Below are positions 9,413 through 18,540 of a stretch of DNA of 64,000 bases, piece after piece (position 1 is the stretch's first letter; each line of letters starts with the position of its first letter). A program made the position numbers and the translations under genes. The DNA is from an uncultured Thermococci archaeon. GTDB lineage: Archaea > CAYQAE01 > CAYVLA01. The stretch lies in the NCBI GenBank assembly GCA_964549615.1, contig CAZJVP010000020.1:160001-224000 (forward strand), written 5' to 3'. A model generated the notes under the pieces. It was not told where the DNA came from and did not search any database. It saw only the letters and a list, made by a program, of their open reading frames with translations.

Positions 9413-10290
9413 TGCCCATCGATCATTGTACCGATGCCCCTGTCCGTCAGGAGCTCCAGAACAAGGGAATGCGGCGTGTCCCCATTCAGTATGTGAGCCC
9501 GACCGACCCCCGCGTTGAGTGCCCTGATGCAGGATTCAACCTTCGGCAACATGCCCCCGCTGATGACATTAGCCTTGATCAGGTTTTTGAGCTGTCGAAG
9601 CGAAAGGGACGAGATCAGGCTCGAGGGGTCTGCGGGATCCCGCATGATGCCGGGAACGTCCGTAAGCACAACGTACTTCTCAGCGCGAAGCGCGCCAGCG
9701 AGGTCGCCCGCGAGGATGTCGGCGTTGATGTTAAGTCCTTTTCCTTCGTCATCCATGGCCACCGGCGCTATGACCGGGATGAACCCTGCATTTGATAGCG
9801 TCTCCACGACCTCGGTGTTGAGGGACTCGACCACCCCGACCCTGCCAAGCTTTGGATCCTTCACCTTTCCCGTTATCAGCCTTCCGTCCTTGCCAGATAT
9901 CCCAACCGATCTTCCGCCCTGCTGCTCGATAGCGCAGACGATTGACTTGTTCACCTTGCCAACCAGGACCATCTCGACGATCTCCATCGTTTCGTCGTCC
10001 GTAACCCTGAGGCCTTCCACGAAGATAGGCTCCTTATGCATCCTCTTCATGTAGGCCGATATCTCGTCGCCCCCACCGTGGACAACGACGGGCTTCATGC
10101 CGACGAGCCTCAAGAGGACTATGTCCTTCGCCACGTTGGCGAGCTTGTCTTGGCTCGAGCTGACGTTGCCCCCGAACTTCACAACGATTGTCTTGCCGTA
10201 CAGCTTCCGTATGTAGGGCAAGGCCTCCACGAGGGTCTCAGCCACTTGCTCCACGGACAGATCTGGGCTCACCACAAACCCTGATTGCAC
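9409..10290 (-). CDS. argB: Acetylglutamate kinase
   Basis: EALPYI, VVKFGGN, VVHGGG, GLRVTD, NINAD, GGMLPKV; stop overlaps ribK start (ATGA). Confidence 0.95.
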   Translation of the reverse strand: MQSGFVVSPDLSVEQVAETLVEALPYIRKLYGKTIVVKFGGNVSSSQDKLANVAKDIVLLRLVGMKPVVVHGGGDEISAYMKRMHKEPIFVEGLRVTDDETMEIVEMVLVGKVNKSIVCAIEQQGGRSVGISGKDGRLITGKVKDPKLGRVGVVESLNTEVVETLSNAGFIPVIAPVAMDDEGKGLNINADILAGDLAGALRAEKYVVLTDVPGIMRDPADPSSLISSLSLRQLKNLIKANVISGGMLPKVESCIRALNAGVGRAHILNGDTPHSLVLELLTDRGIGTMIDGQ

Positions 10291-10306
10291 GACACCTGGG
10301 ACACGA

Positions 10307-10319
10307 GATATATATTTTG
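10307..10319. promoter_or_regulatory. TATA-like element between divergent argB and PTPS genes
   Basis: GATATATATTTTG in the ~50-nt divergent intergenic gap. Confidence 0.5.
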
Positions 10320-10343
10320 TCCGGCCGCGCTTCGCGGACTCAG

Positions 10344-10796
10344 ATGATGCTGACGGTTGGAGGCATCAACGTCTCGATCGCACACTTCGTAGAGTTAGGA
10401 GGCGTCTTCGAGAGCCTTCACGGCCACAACCTCGTGCTCTCCGCGCAAGTGGAGGGGAAACCTGACACCGGCCTCGTGATGGATTTCAGAGCGCTTGAGA
10501 AGCTGTTGCGCGACGTTGCTTCCCTGATCGACCACAGGCTCATCATTCCAAGGGACAATCGGAACCTCAGAATCGCAAAACGGGAAGGCATGCTCGAGAT
10601 ACGAACCCCCTCCAAACGTTACTTGATACCAGAAACCGACGTAATTCTGCTCCCGATGACGAACTCCACCGTCGAGGAGATAGCCCGTTTCGTCTACGAG
10701 GAGGTCAGCATGAGGCTGCCGCCCACGGTCAAGCTGGAAAGCGTCTCCGTCGGCGAGCGGGAAGGCAAGACGGCGACCTTTGGACCAAATCCCTAG
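10344..10796 (+). CDS. 6-pyruvoyl-tetrahydropterin synthase family (COG0720), PTPS-III-type motif
   Basis: SIAHF...ESLHGHN, GLVMDF, IDHRLI, NSTVEEIA, VSVGE; ATG at 10344 follows the TATA-like element. Confidence 0.88.
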   Translation: MMLTVGGINVSIAHFVELGGVFESLHGHNLVLSAQVEGKPDTGLVMDFRALEKLLRDVASLIDHRLIIPRDNRNLRIAKREGMLEIRTPSKRYLIPETDVILLPMTNSTVEEIARFVYEEVSMRLPPTVKLESVSVGEREGKTATFGPNP

Positions 10797-11650
10797 GATG
10801 GCCTAGCCTTCTCCACCCACTCTTTTCCGTACTCGGTCAGGGTTATCTCCTTCTGCCTGCCGGTGTAGGAGGTCGTCACGAAGCCGCATCTCTCCAAGGT
10901 CGCGATCTGTTTGGCCGCCATCACCCGATCGGTCGGCGTCGGCCTCCTGCCAAGCAGCTTCACCAGAAGGTCGGTTATCGAGGGGGACCTCCCTCCTGCC
11001 TTCTCCAAGGCCTCAAGGTATCCTGGCTCGATCTCCTCCTGTTCGATCCTAATGGGGAGCGGAGGACACTTCAGGACCTTCCTCACCCCGACGGCAAGCT
11101 GGGGAACCTGGAACTCGCGCAGCCCTTCCTCGATCACCTGCTTCATGTGTTCCAAGGCCTCCGTCTTCTTGGTATCTAGGTATGTCTTGAGGTCCTTCTG
11201 CAAGACCTCAAGCTTCCTCCTGGCCACCTCAGGGGTGAAGTACGATCTTGGGCTGACGTAGTAGATATTGGCGCCGATCTCCAACGCAGCGAGGAAGAGG
11301 GCGCATGAGACTATGCGCGTGCCCGACGAGATGTCGATGAGGAACTCTGCCTGCGGGGAAAGCTTGGCAAGAATGGCGCGGAAGTCTAGGTATGCGTCCA
11401 GAAGGTCGAAGAAGTTGACCCTGAACGTGGTGATGTCGATCATGTCCTGGTCGACTGGGATGATGGGATCCTCTGCAAGCTTCTTCTTCAGGTCCGTCAG
11501 CAGCTCCTCGATGGTTATCTCGACGCCCGACATCTCGGACGATTTCTTCTTGTTTCGGATTATGTAGACCTTGTCCGGCTGAAGATGCGTTATTGCCCCG
11601 ATGATTCGATCCCTCTCGAGGCCCTGCGGGACTAGAAGATACCTCGGCAA
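10793..11650 (-). CDS. CARF-like (HFX_2341/DUF6293/Csa3-like) Rossmann domain plus C-terminal winged-helix regulator
   Basis: N-terminal LVPQGLERDRI...PDKVYII, strand-helix IDISSGTRIVSCALFLAA, C-terminal LERCGFV...GRQKEITLTEYGK; TTG start at 11650 inferred. Confidence 0.75.
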   Translation of the reverse strand: MPRYLLVPQGLERDRIIGAITHLQPDKVYIIRNKKKSSEMSGVEITIEELLTDLKKKLAEDPIIPVDQDMIDITTFRVNFFDLLDAYLDFRAILAKLSPQAEFLIDISSGTRIVSCALFLAALEIGANIYYVSPRSYFTPEVARRKLEVLQKDLKTYLDTKKTEALEHMKQVIEEGLREFQVPQLAVGVRKVLKCPPLPIRIEQEEIEPGYLEALEKAGGRSPSITDLLVKLLGRRPTPTDRVMAAKQIATLERCGFVTTSYTGRQKEITLTEYGKEWVEKARPS

Positions 11651-11810
11651 GCAGACACCGAAAAGCGAAACACATCGGACGAATAAATATCTTAATGTTT
11701 CACACAGGCGGAAAATGTTTTCACTGCCAATCGAAATGAGTTCGCCATCGCCATAGCAACTCATTGACGTTTATATGATTCGCTTGCCGCACCCCCCTCA
11801 AAGGAGCGAC

Positions 11811-12434
11811 ATGGGCGGTTCTAAGGTCATCGGCGCCGACGAGGTTGGCTCGGGAGATACCTTTTGCGGGCTCGTGGTCTCGGCAGCCTGCGTCACGGAT
11901 GAGCAGGAGGAATACCTGAGGTCTCACCGCGTCAGGGATAGCAAGAGGATCTCCGACTCCATGATTGGCCAGTACGTCGCGCTGATCACCGAAGCGGGCG
12001 TTCGCCACAGCACGATCGTGGTAAGCCCACTGCAGCTCAACAGGCTTCTGGCAGAGGGGTTGCCCCATGTCGAGATACAGAACATGATGTATGAGAGAGC
12101 CATCGGTAGCCTCATACAGAAGGTTGGGAAGCCCGACAAGGTGTATGTTGACCAGTACCCAGGGGCAAGGATAAGCATCGACCATCAATCCCTTGAGCTG
12201 GTTCCCGGAGCGGGCGAGAAGTACTTGTGCGTGGCCGCGGCCAGCATCATGGCCCGGTCTGCGTACCTCGGAATGAGGAGATGCCTCGAGAGGGAGCTTG
12301 GAATGCCAATACCTCTGGGCAGTTCGAAAGTCGAGGAATTGCTCAGGCACATGATCCACAACGAGGTAGACATCACCAAGTATGCAAAGCTTTACCCAAA
12401 CAACGTCAGGGACTTGCTGAGAGAACTCCGCTAA
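11811..12434 (+). CDS. Type 2 ribonuclease H, RNase HIII-like catalytic domain
   Basis: IGADEVGSGD, VRDSK, YVDQY, VAAASIMAR, IPLGSS, YAKL; AAGGAG before ATG 11811 and TTTATA at ~11770. Confidence 0.85.
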   Translation: MGGSKVIGADEVGSGDTFCGLVVSAACVTDEQEEYLRSHRVRDSKRISDSMIGQYVALITEAGVRHSTIVVSPLQLNRLLAEGLPHVEIQNMMYERAIGSLIQKVGKPDKVYVDQYPGARISIDHQSLELVPGAGEKYLCVAAASIMARSAYLGMRRCLERELGMPIPLGSSKVEELLRHMIHNEVDITKYAKLYPNNVRDLLRELR

Positions 12435-12559
12435 AGCCACGCGGGTAAAGACACGCCGGCCAACTGACCGACACGCAGCGGATCGCACACGGAACCATGA
12501 GCGGGGGGATAAGCCACGTTGATACAAACATTTATGAGTCATCAACGAGAGTAATCCGC

Positions 12560-14074
12560 GTGGCTAGGCCGAAGGTCTCCAAGACCATTCAGGAGATAAA
12601 TCAGAAGATACGCGACGGCAACGTGGTCGTGGTGACCGCGGAAGAGATGCCCGACATAGTTCGGGAGAAGGGCCCCGTCAAGGCCGCCGAAGAAGTGGAC
12701 GTGGTCACGACGGGCACCTTCGGGGCGATGTGTTCGTCGGGGGCCTGGCTGAACTTCGGCCACGCGGACCCTCCCATCAAGATGAAAAGGGTCTGGCTTA
12801 ACGACGTCGAGGCGTATACCGGAGTCGCTGCCGTCGACGCCTACATCGGCGCTACGCAGCTGAGCGAGACGCGCGGGTTTGACTACGGCGGGGGACACGT
12901 GATTGAAGACCTGGTTCGCGGCCGCGCCGTATCCCTGAGAGCTGAAGCCTACGGCACCGATTGCTATCCCCGTACCCACCTTGAGCTTGAGATCGCACTC
13001 GAGGACCTGAACCAAGCCGTGATGCTCAACCCCCGAAACGCCTACCAGAGGTACAACGCCGCAACCAACAGTAGGGATGAGACCATCTACACATATATGG
13101 GCGTCCTGCTGCCCGAAATGAGGAACGCCACCTTCTCGGGCTCCGGAGTCCTCAGCCCACTTTGCAATGACCCGGAGTACAGGACGATAGGCCTGGGCAC
13201 AAGGATATTCCTGGGCGGGGCCGAGGGATACGTGATCGGCCCGGGCACCCAACATTCGCCGGCTGACGGCTTCGGGACATTGATGGTCAAAGGGGACCTG
13301 AAGCAGATGTCAGCCGACTACCTTAGAGGAGCAACCTTCGAACGGTACGGGACCACCCTATACGTCGGCATCGGGGTCCCGATCCCGATACTCGACGAAG
13401 GCCTAGCCAGATCCACCGCGGTGACCGACGAGCAGATCAAGGTCAAGATCTTGGACTACGGCGTGCCGCGGAGGGACCGGCCGGTGGTGAAGGAGACGAA
13501 CTACGCAGAACTCAGGTCGGGCCGGGTAACCATCAACAACCGTGAGGTTCCCGTATCCCCGCTCTCCAGCTTCAAGATCGCGAGGAAGATCGCCAATACC
13601 CTCAAGGAACGAATAGCCGGCGGGCAGTTCACGTTGACGGAGCCAGTCGAGCGCCTTCCGCGGAGGGCACGGTTCCGCCCGATGAAGAGCGAGGCACTCG
13701 TTCCATTCGTCGAGGACGTTGCGACGGGAAAGGTGGTGACGGCACCTCCACAGATGAGCATAGAGGAGGCGGCCAAGAAGTTGACCGTTGAAGAAGTCAA
13801 CAGCCTGCTCATCGAAGACGAGCAACGCAGGCTGATAGGGATCCTGACTTCCTGGGACATCGCCAAGGCCGTCGCCACCGGGATCGACTGCGTCGGGGAA
13901 GCCATGACCCGGAAGGTCATAGTGGCACACAAAGGAGAGCCCATCTATCTTGCGGCGAGGAAACTCGAGAAGCACGGCATAAGCGCGCTTCCCATAGTCG
14001 ATGGCAAGAAGAGGGTGCTAGGGATCGTATCGGACGAGGACATAGCCAGGTTCGTGGGGAGGAGGAGACTGTGA
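12560..14074 (+). CDS. L-aspartate semialdehyde sulfurtransferase (homocysteine biosynthesis, DUF39 plus two CBS domains)
   Basis: KTIQEINQKI, DVVTTGTFGAMCSSG, YGTDCYPR, NPRNAYQ, YTYMG; C-terminal CBS pair; coupled to a NIL-ferredoxin. Confidence 0.93.
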   Translation: MARPKVSKTIQEINQKIRDGNVVVVTAEEMPDIVREKGPVKAAEEVDVVTTGTFGAMCSSGAWLNFGHADPPIKMKRVWLNDVEAYTGVAAVDAYIGATQLSETRGFDYGGGHVIEDLVRGRAVSLRAEAYGTDCYPRTHLELEIALEDLNQAVMLNPRNAYQRYNAATNSRDETIYTYMGVLLPEMRNATFSGSGVLSPLCNDPEYRTIGLGTRIFLGGAEGYVIGPGTQHSPADGFGTLMVKGDLKQMSADYLRGATFERYGTTLYVGIGVPIPILDEGLARSTAVTDEQIKVKILDYGVPRRDRPVVKETNYAELRSGRVTINNREVPVSPLSSFKIARKIANTLKERIAGGQFTLTEPVERLPRRARFRPMKSEALVPFVEDVATGKVVTAPPQMSIEEAAKKLTVEEVNSLLIEDEQRRLIGILTSWDIAKAVATGIDCVGEAMTRKVIVAHKGEPIYLAARKLEKHGISALPIVDGKKRVLGIVSDEDIARFVGRRRL

Positions 14075-14469
14075 CCTACTTTCGACTCGAGTTCCCGCGT
14101 GAGATCGTGACCGAGCCAATCATATCGGAGACGATACGCCGCACCGGAACCCTGATCAACATCCTCAGGGCAAGGGTCGATGAAACCCATGGGGAGATCA
14201 TCGCCGAGGTCACAGGCGAGGGATCGGAGGTCGAGAGGGTCGTCACCTACCTCAAGGAGCGCGGGGTGCTGGTCGAGGAGCTCAGCGGCAGCGTCTCAGT
14301 GAAGGTGGACGGATGCATACACTGCGGGGCTTGCGTTTCCATCTGCCCCGTCGGTGCGATATCGATGGGGCGCGAGTATGAGGTTGTATTCGACGCCTCT
14401 AGGTGCATATCATGCAGGGTCTGCGTCCCGGCGTGCCCGGTGAGAGCCATACAGGCCCCACCCCTCTAG
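14071..14469 (+). CDS. NIL domain / 2x[4Fe-4S] ferredoxin, partner of the sulfurtransferase
   Basis: EPIIS...INILRA; CIHCGACVSICP and CISCRVCVPACP. Confidence 0.92.
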   Translation: MTYFRLEFPREIVTEPIISETIRRTGTLINILRARVDETHGEIIAEVTGEGSEVERVVTYLKERGVLVEELSGSVSVKVDGCIHCGACVSICPVGAISMGREYEVVFDASRCISCRVCVPACPVRAIQAPPL

Positions 14470-15212
14470 GGGGCTCTTGAGTGCGATTGGGGATTGGCAA
14501 TGAGATCGGCATCACCCGCGAGGGCCAGCACCTCGGGGAGATCCCCCCAAGCAGCCATCTCCTCCCCGCGCACAATGAGCACGCCTATTGCACCAATGCT
14601 CTGGGCCTTTGCTATTCCAATCTTGAGACCATCCTCTCCCCTAACTTCGTTGCAAACCGACGTAGCTGCCGCGTCGGCTATGATCGCCGACTTCCGCGAG
14701 TACACGACAACGGCATCCGCCTCACCAAAGCTTAGGGACTCGCCAACCGTGGCCGAGCTGGTACAGAGGCCGGCGTAGGAACCGCCGGGACTTACCCTCA
14801 ATCCCAACTTCCCGGAGAGCGGCGAGCTGCCGGCGTATATGCCCACGATGAAGGGACCATCGCCATGGAGGCATATGTCGCCGCCGTTCTCCACAATCAC
14901 GTTGCGCGCGCCGGCCTCCACAGCAGATCGAGCCGCCACCTCAGCCATAGCCCCCGCGACCGCCGCAAACGGGCCGACGCCAGCCAAACTCGCAGCGTCA
15001 TACATGTCAGATATGAACCAGGGCAGGTCCCCGCAAGGCTTCTCTAACGGTTCGAGCGACCACCTGAACTCCGGACATCTTTCGATGTGAGCAAGGAGCT
15101 GGGCCCGGGCACGGACGACCGCCCCCCTGATGGGCTCAATTGCGCTGTCCAGATCCGTCTTTATCAGAAGGCTAGTTTGCCCATAGGTCATTCTGTGACT
15201 GGTAAGGCGCAT
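14466..15212 (-). CDS. UPF0280 / COG2122 ApbE-like protein
   Basis: GVGPFAAVAGA, IVENGGDI, CTSSATVGESLSFGEADAV, ADAAAT. Confidence 0.9.
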   Translation of the reverse strand: MRLTSHRMTYGQTSLLIKTDLDSAIEPIRGAVVRARAQLLAHIERCPEFRWSLEPLEKPCGDLPWFISDMYDAASLAGVGPFAAVAGAMAEVAARSAVEAGARNVIVENGGDICLHGDGPFIVGIYAGSSPLSGKLGLRVSPGGSYAGLCTSSATVGESLSFGEADAVVVYSRKSAIIADAAATSVCNEVRGEDGLKIGIAKAQSIGAIGVLIVRGEEMAAWGDLPEVLALAGDADLIANPQSHSRAP

Positions 15213-15222
15213 GGGTGAAAGC

Positions 15223-16701
15223 CTAGTAGGCCTTGGCAACTACAACCACGCAGCGTGCAGGCCTTCCGCACACTATGCAGACTTGTCCGTCAGGTGCCCC
15301 TTCTTCGTCGAAGATCGTCCCACGGACCTCTGCCTCGGTGCGTTCGGCGATCTTGTCGGCGCAGGCCTCCCCGTCCAAATCCCTGGAGCAGAATGGAACC
15401 TTGACGAATCCCCCCTTGGAGGCGATGATCTCTGCCAGTTCCTCGACGCTACCGGCCGTCGAGATGCACGACTCAAGATCCTTGCACGCCTTCTGCCTGA
15501 TATTTTCTAGGATCTCGCCCGCCATCCTCTTTATCGCCTTCGTTGCGGCCGAGAACTCGACCTCTTCCCTTCTCCCCGTGTCCCTCCTAACGAGCGTGAC
15601 GGTGTCAGATTCCAGGTTCTTTGGACCTATCTCAGCCCTGATGGGAACACCCTTCATCTCCCAATAGTAGAACTTCATTCCCGGCTTCTTGTCGGAGTCG
15701 TCGATATGCACTCGCACGCCGGAAGCCCTGATCCTAGATGCCAGTTGGCGGCACCTCTGCATCACCTCGGCCTTTTCGCCCTTGTAGAAGATCGGGACGA
15801 TTATCACCTGGATCGGGGCTATCGCGAACGGCAGTACGAGCCCCTTCCTATCCCCATGGATCGCTGCCAGGACCGCCAGGGTCCTCGAGATGGGGGGACC
15901 GTAGCACGTCTGGTATGGAACCTTCTTGGAGCCGTCCTGATCTTCGAAGACCAGTCCGAAGGCACGGGCAAATCCTTGGCCCAGGAAATGGGTCGAAGGA
16001 AGTTGGACCGCCTTCCTATCGGGCATGAGAGCATCAGCGGCGTAGGTGTCCACCGCACCAGCGAACTTGTCAAAGGCGGGCCTCCTGAAGAAGATGAAGG
16101 GGATCCCCAGCTTGTCGTGCAGGACGGCCTTCGTGATTGCCATATCCTCCCGGACCTGCGCAAGTGCCCCGGCCTCGTCAGCGAAGACGTCGTGGGCCTC
16201 GATCCAGAGGAACTCCCTTCCGCGGATGAGGGGCTTGGTCGCCTTGGTCTCGTACCTGTAGACTGCGCAACTCTGGTAGAGCTTCAAAGGCAGGTCGGAG
16301 TGGGAGCGTATCCACAGGGCATACATGTGATAGAAGGCCGCCTCCGAGGTCGGCCGCAGGGCCAGCCGGCCCTCCAACTTGCTGTCGCCCGCCTCCGTCA
16401 CCCAGAACACCTGGGGGCTGAAGCCTTGGACGTGGTTCTTCTCCTTCTCGAAGTTTTCCTCCGGGATAACGACGGGAAAGAGGGTGGGGCTGTGACCCGT
16501 CTTCTCCAACTCGGACTCCCAGATGGAGTACAGCTCCTTGGCCATCCTCATGAGCCAAGGCCTGTATATGACGAAGCCCTTGACGTTGTACCTCAAGTCC
16601 ACAAGGTCGGCGGTCTTGATGATCTCGTTGTACCAGTTGGAGAAGTCGGACTTATCCACGTTGAAGATGTCCTTCTGGGAGACCCTTCCTGTCCCCGCCA
16701 A
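15223..16701 (-). CDS. proS: Proline--tRNA ligase (archaeal/eukaryotic type)
   Basis: FSNWY, YNVKG, LRPTSE, YRYETKATKPLIRGREF, KFAGA, APIQV, C-terminal CIVCG...AKAY. Confidence 0.97.
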   Translation of the reverse strand: MAGTGRVSQKDIFNVDKSDFSNWYNEIIKTADLVDLRYNVKGFVIYRPWLMRMAKELYSIWESELEKTGHSPTLFPVVIPEENFEKEKNHVQGFSPQVFWVTEAGDSKLEGRLALRPTSEAAFYHMYALWIRSHSDLPLKLYQSCAVYRYETKATKPLIRGREFLWIEAHDVFADEAGALAQVREDMAITKAVLHDKLGIPFIFFRRPAFDKFAGAVDTYAADALMPDRKAVQLPSTHFLGQGFARAFGLVFEDQDGSKKVPYQTCYGPPISRTLAVLAAIHGDRKGLVLPFAIAPIQVIIVPIFYKGEKAEVMQRCRQLASRIRASGVRVHIDDSDKKPGMKFYYWEMKGVPIRAEIGPKNLESDTVTLVRRDTGRREEVEFSAATKAIKRMAGEILENIRQKACKDLESCISTAGSVEELAEIIASKGGFVKVPFCSRDLDGEACADKIAERTEAEVRGTIFDEEGAPDGQVCIVCGRPARCVVVVAKAY

Positions 16702-16791
16702 GACGGTTCACTGCCCGGGCTCGCCCCGGTCATCTTATTACTCTTTCCAGAACGACAGAATCATCCAATACATTCCGACGCAAGACCGGGA

Positions 16792-17280
16792 CTACTCCTT
16801 CTTCTTGATGCGGATGACTTCGCCCAGCGTCACATCCCCCACTTCTGTCCCGGCCACTCCCGCGATCTCCTCCTCTGAGCCTTCCTTCTCCAGGAGCTTG
16901 ATCTTGAGAAATCGTTCCAATTTCCTTGCGAGCGCAATGCTGGGAGCAAGGGATTCCGATTCAAGCCTGTGTATGGTGGAGCTCTTCTCGCTAACCTTCT
17001 TCCCGAGGTCTTCCTGCGTTAGGCCCAAGCGCTCCCTAGCCGACCTTATGAGCGCGCCGTAGCCGTCGACAACCTCGTACTCCAGGTTGGATGTGCCGCC
17101 GGATGTCTTCCTCGACCCCGTTGCCCGCCGGGGAGCTTGAAGGCCTTTCTCGGCCATCGGTTTGTTGTCCACAGGTGTTCCAAACCTTGCGCATCGGTCG
17201 CACACGTCCAAGGTCGCCCTTTCGACAACGACGGTCGTGAGATGTCTGACCTCAGACCCACAGATCTCACAGATCATCAA
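16792..17280 (-). CDS. mbf1: Multiprotein bridging factor aMBF1
   Basis: CEICG...VCDRC zinc ribbon, Cro-HTH IRSARERLGLTQEDLG, C-terminal TLGEV; next to PAN. Confidence 0.93.
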   Translation of the reverse strand: MMICEICGSEVRHLTTVVVERATLDVCDRCARFGTPVDNKPMAEKGLQAPRRATGSRKTSGGTSNLEYEVVDGYGALIRSARERLGLTQEDLGKKVSEKSSTIHRLESESLAPSIALARKLERFLKIKLLEKEGSEEEIAGVAGTEVGDVTLGEVIRIKKKE

Positions 17281-17313
17281 TGACCGCCCGCTGTCGATTC
17301 CGTCTCAACCGAA

Positions 17314-17325
17314 GATATTTAAATT
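17314..17325. promoter_or_regulatory. TATA element of the divergent mbf1/pan pair
   Basis: GATATTTAAATT contains TTTAAA, readable on both strands. Confidence 0.55.
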
Positions 17326-17373
17326 GCGCTCACTCTCCGAGCTGCGGAGGGTGGCGCGGTGCAGGAAGCTGGG

Positions 17374-18540
17374 ATGTCCAGCGAAAGCGACGAGATAGTC
17401 ACCACGAACATCCAGCTTCATAAGAAGATTAGGTACCTAGAGTTTGAAAAGAGGAACATCGAGAGGGAGTACCTCCGCCTTGAGAGGGAGTTGAAGACCC
17501 TCCGTTCCGAGATGCGGAAGATGCACGAGGCCCCGCTTGTGGCTTCGACCCTCGTCGAGAAGCTTGACGACGACAAGGCCGTGGTCCGGTGCCACAACGG
17601 CGAGTTCGTTGTGGAGATATCCGAGTATGTGGATCGTCGGAGCCTGGTCCCAGGCTGCAGGGTGGCCCTAAACAGCCGGAACTATTCGATCGTGGAGGTC
17701 CTGCCGACGTCAAAAGACCCCCTCGTGCTGGGCATGGAGCTTTCGGAGAAACCTGAGGTATCTTACGAGGACATCGGGGGCCTTGACGAGCAGATACGCG
17801 AGCTCCGCGAGATAGTCGAGCTTGCCCTGACTAACGTGGACCTCTTCAAGAAAGTGGGCGTCGACCCGCCTAAGGGAGTCCTGCTTTATGGCCCGCCCGG
17901 TACGGGCAAAACCATGGTTGCAAAGGCGGTGGCTAGGCAGACCAACGCCACCTTCATCCGGATAGTTGGCTCGGAGCTTGTCAAGAAGTACATCGGCGAG
18001 GGCGCAAGGATGGTCCGGGAAATCTTCGACTTCGCGCGCGAGAGACAACCCTGCATAATATTCATCGACGAACTCGACGCCATTGGCGCGCGGCGGATCG
18101 ACAGCGGCACTAGCTCCGATCGCGAGGTGCAGAGGACGTTGATGCAGCTCCTTTCGGAGATAGACGGCTTCGATCCATGCGGCAACATCAAGGTCGTCGG
18201 GGCCACCAACAGGCCCGACATCCTCGATCCCGCACTTCTCAGGTCGGGAAGATTCGACAGGCTCATAGAATTCCAACTCCCCGACAAGGATGCCCGCCTT
18301 CACATACTCAAGATACACACCAGGAACATGAACCTGAAATCCGTCGCACTGGAGCGCATAGCCGCAGAGACCGATGGCGCGTCCGGGGCGGATCTCAAGA
18401 ACATCTGCACGGAGGCAGGCATGCAGGCCATTAGGGAAAGAAGAACCTATGTGACGCAGGAGGACTTTAGGGCCGCGATAGCCAAGGTGCTGGGTTCGTC
18501 GCTAACTTCGCAGAAGGAAGCGTCAACAGTTTACGTCTAG
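17374..18540 (+). CDS. pan: Proteasome-activating nucleotidase
   Basis: Coiled coil, OB fold, YEDIGGL, GPPGTGKT, FIDELD, DREVQRT, LRSGRFDR, C-terminal HbYX motif (VYV). Confidence 0.96.
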   Translation: MSSESDEIVTTNIQLHKKIRYLEFEKRNIEREYLRLERELKTLRSEMRKMHEAPLVASTLVEKLDDDKAVVRCHNGEFVVEISEYVDRRSLVPGCRVALNSRNYSIVEVLPTSKDPLVLGMELSEKPEVSYEDIGGLDEQIRELREIVELALTNVDLFKKVGVDPPKGVLLYGPPGTGKTMVAKAVARQTNATFIRIVGSELVKKYIGEGARMVREIFDFARERQPCIIFIDELDAIGARRIDSGTSSDREVQRTLMQLLSEIDGFDPCGNIKVVGATNRPDILDPALLRSGRFDRLIEFQLPDKDARLHILKIHTRNMNLKSVALERIAAETDGASGADLKNICTEAGMQAIRERRTYVTQEDFRAAIAKVLGSSLTSQKEASTVYV

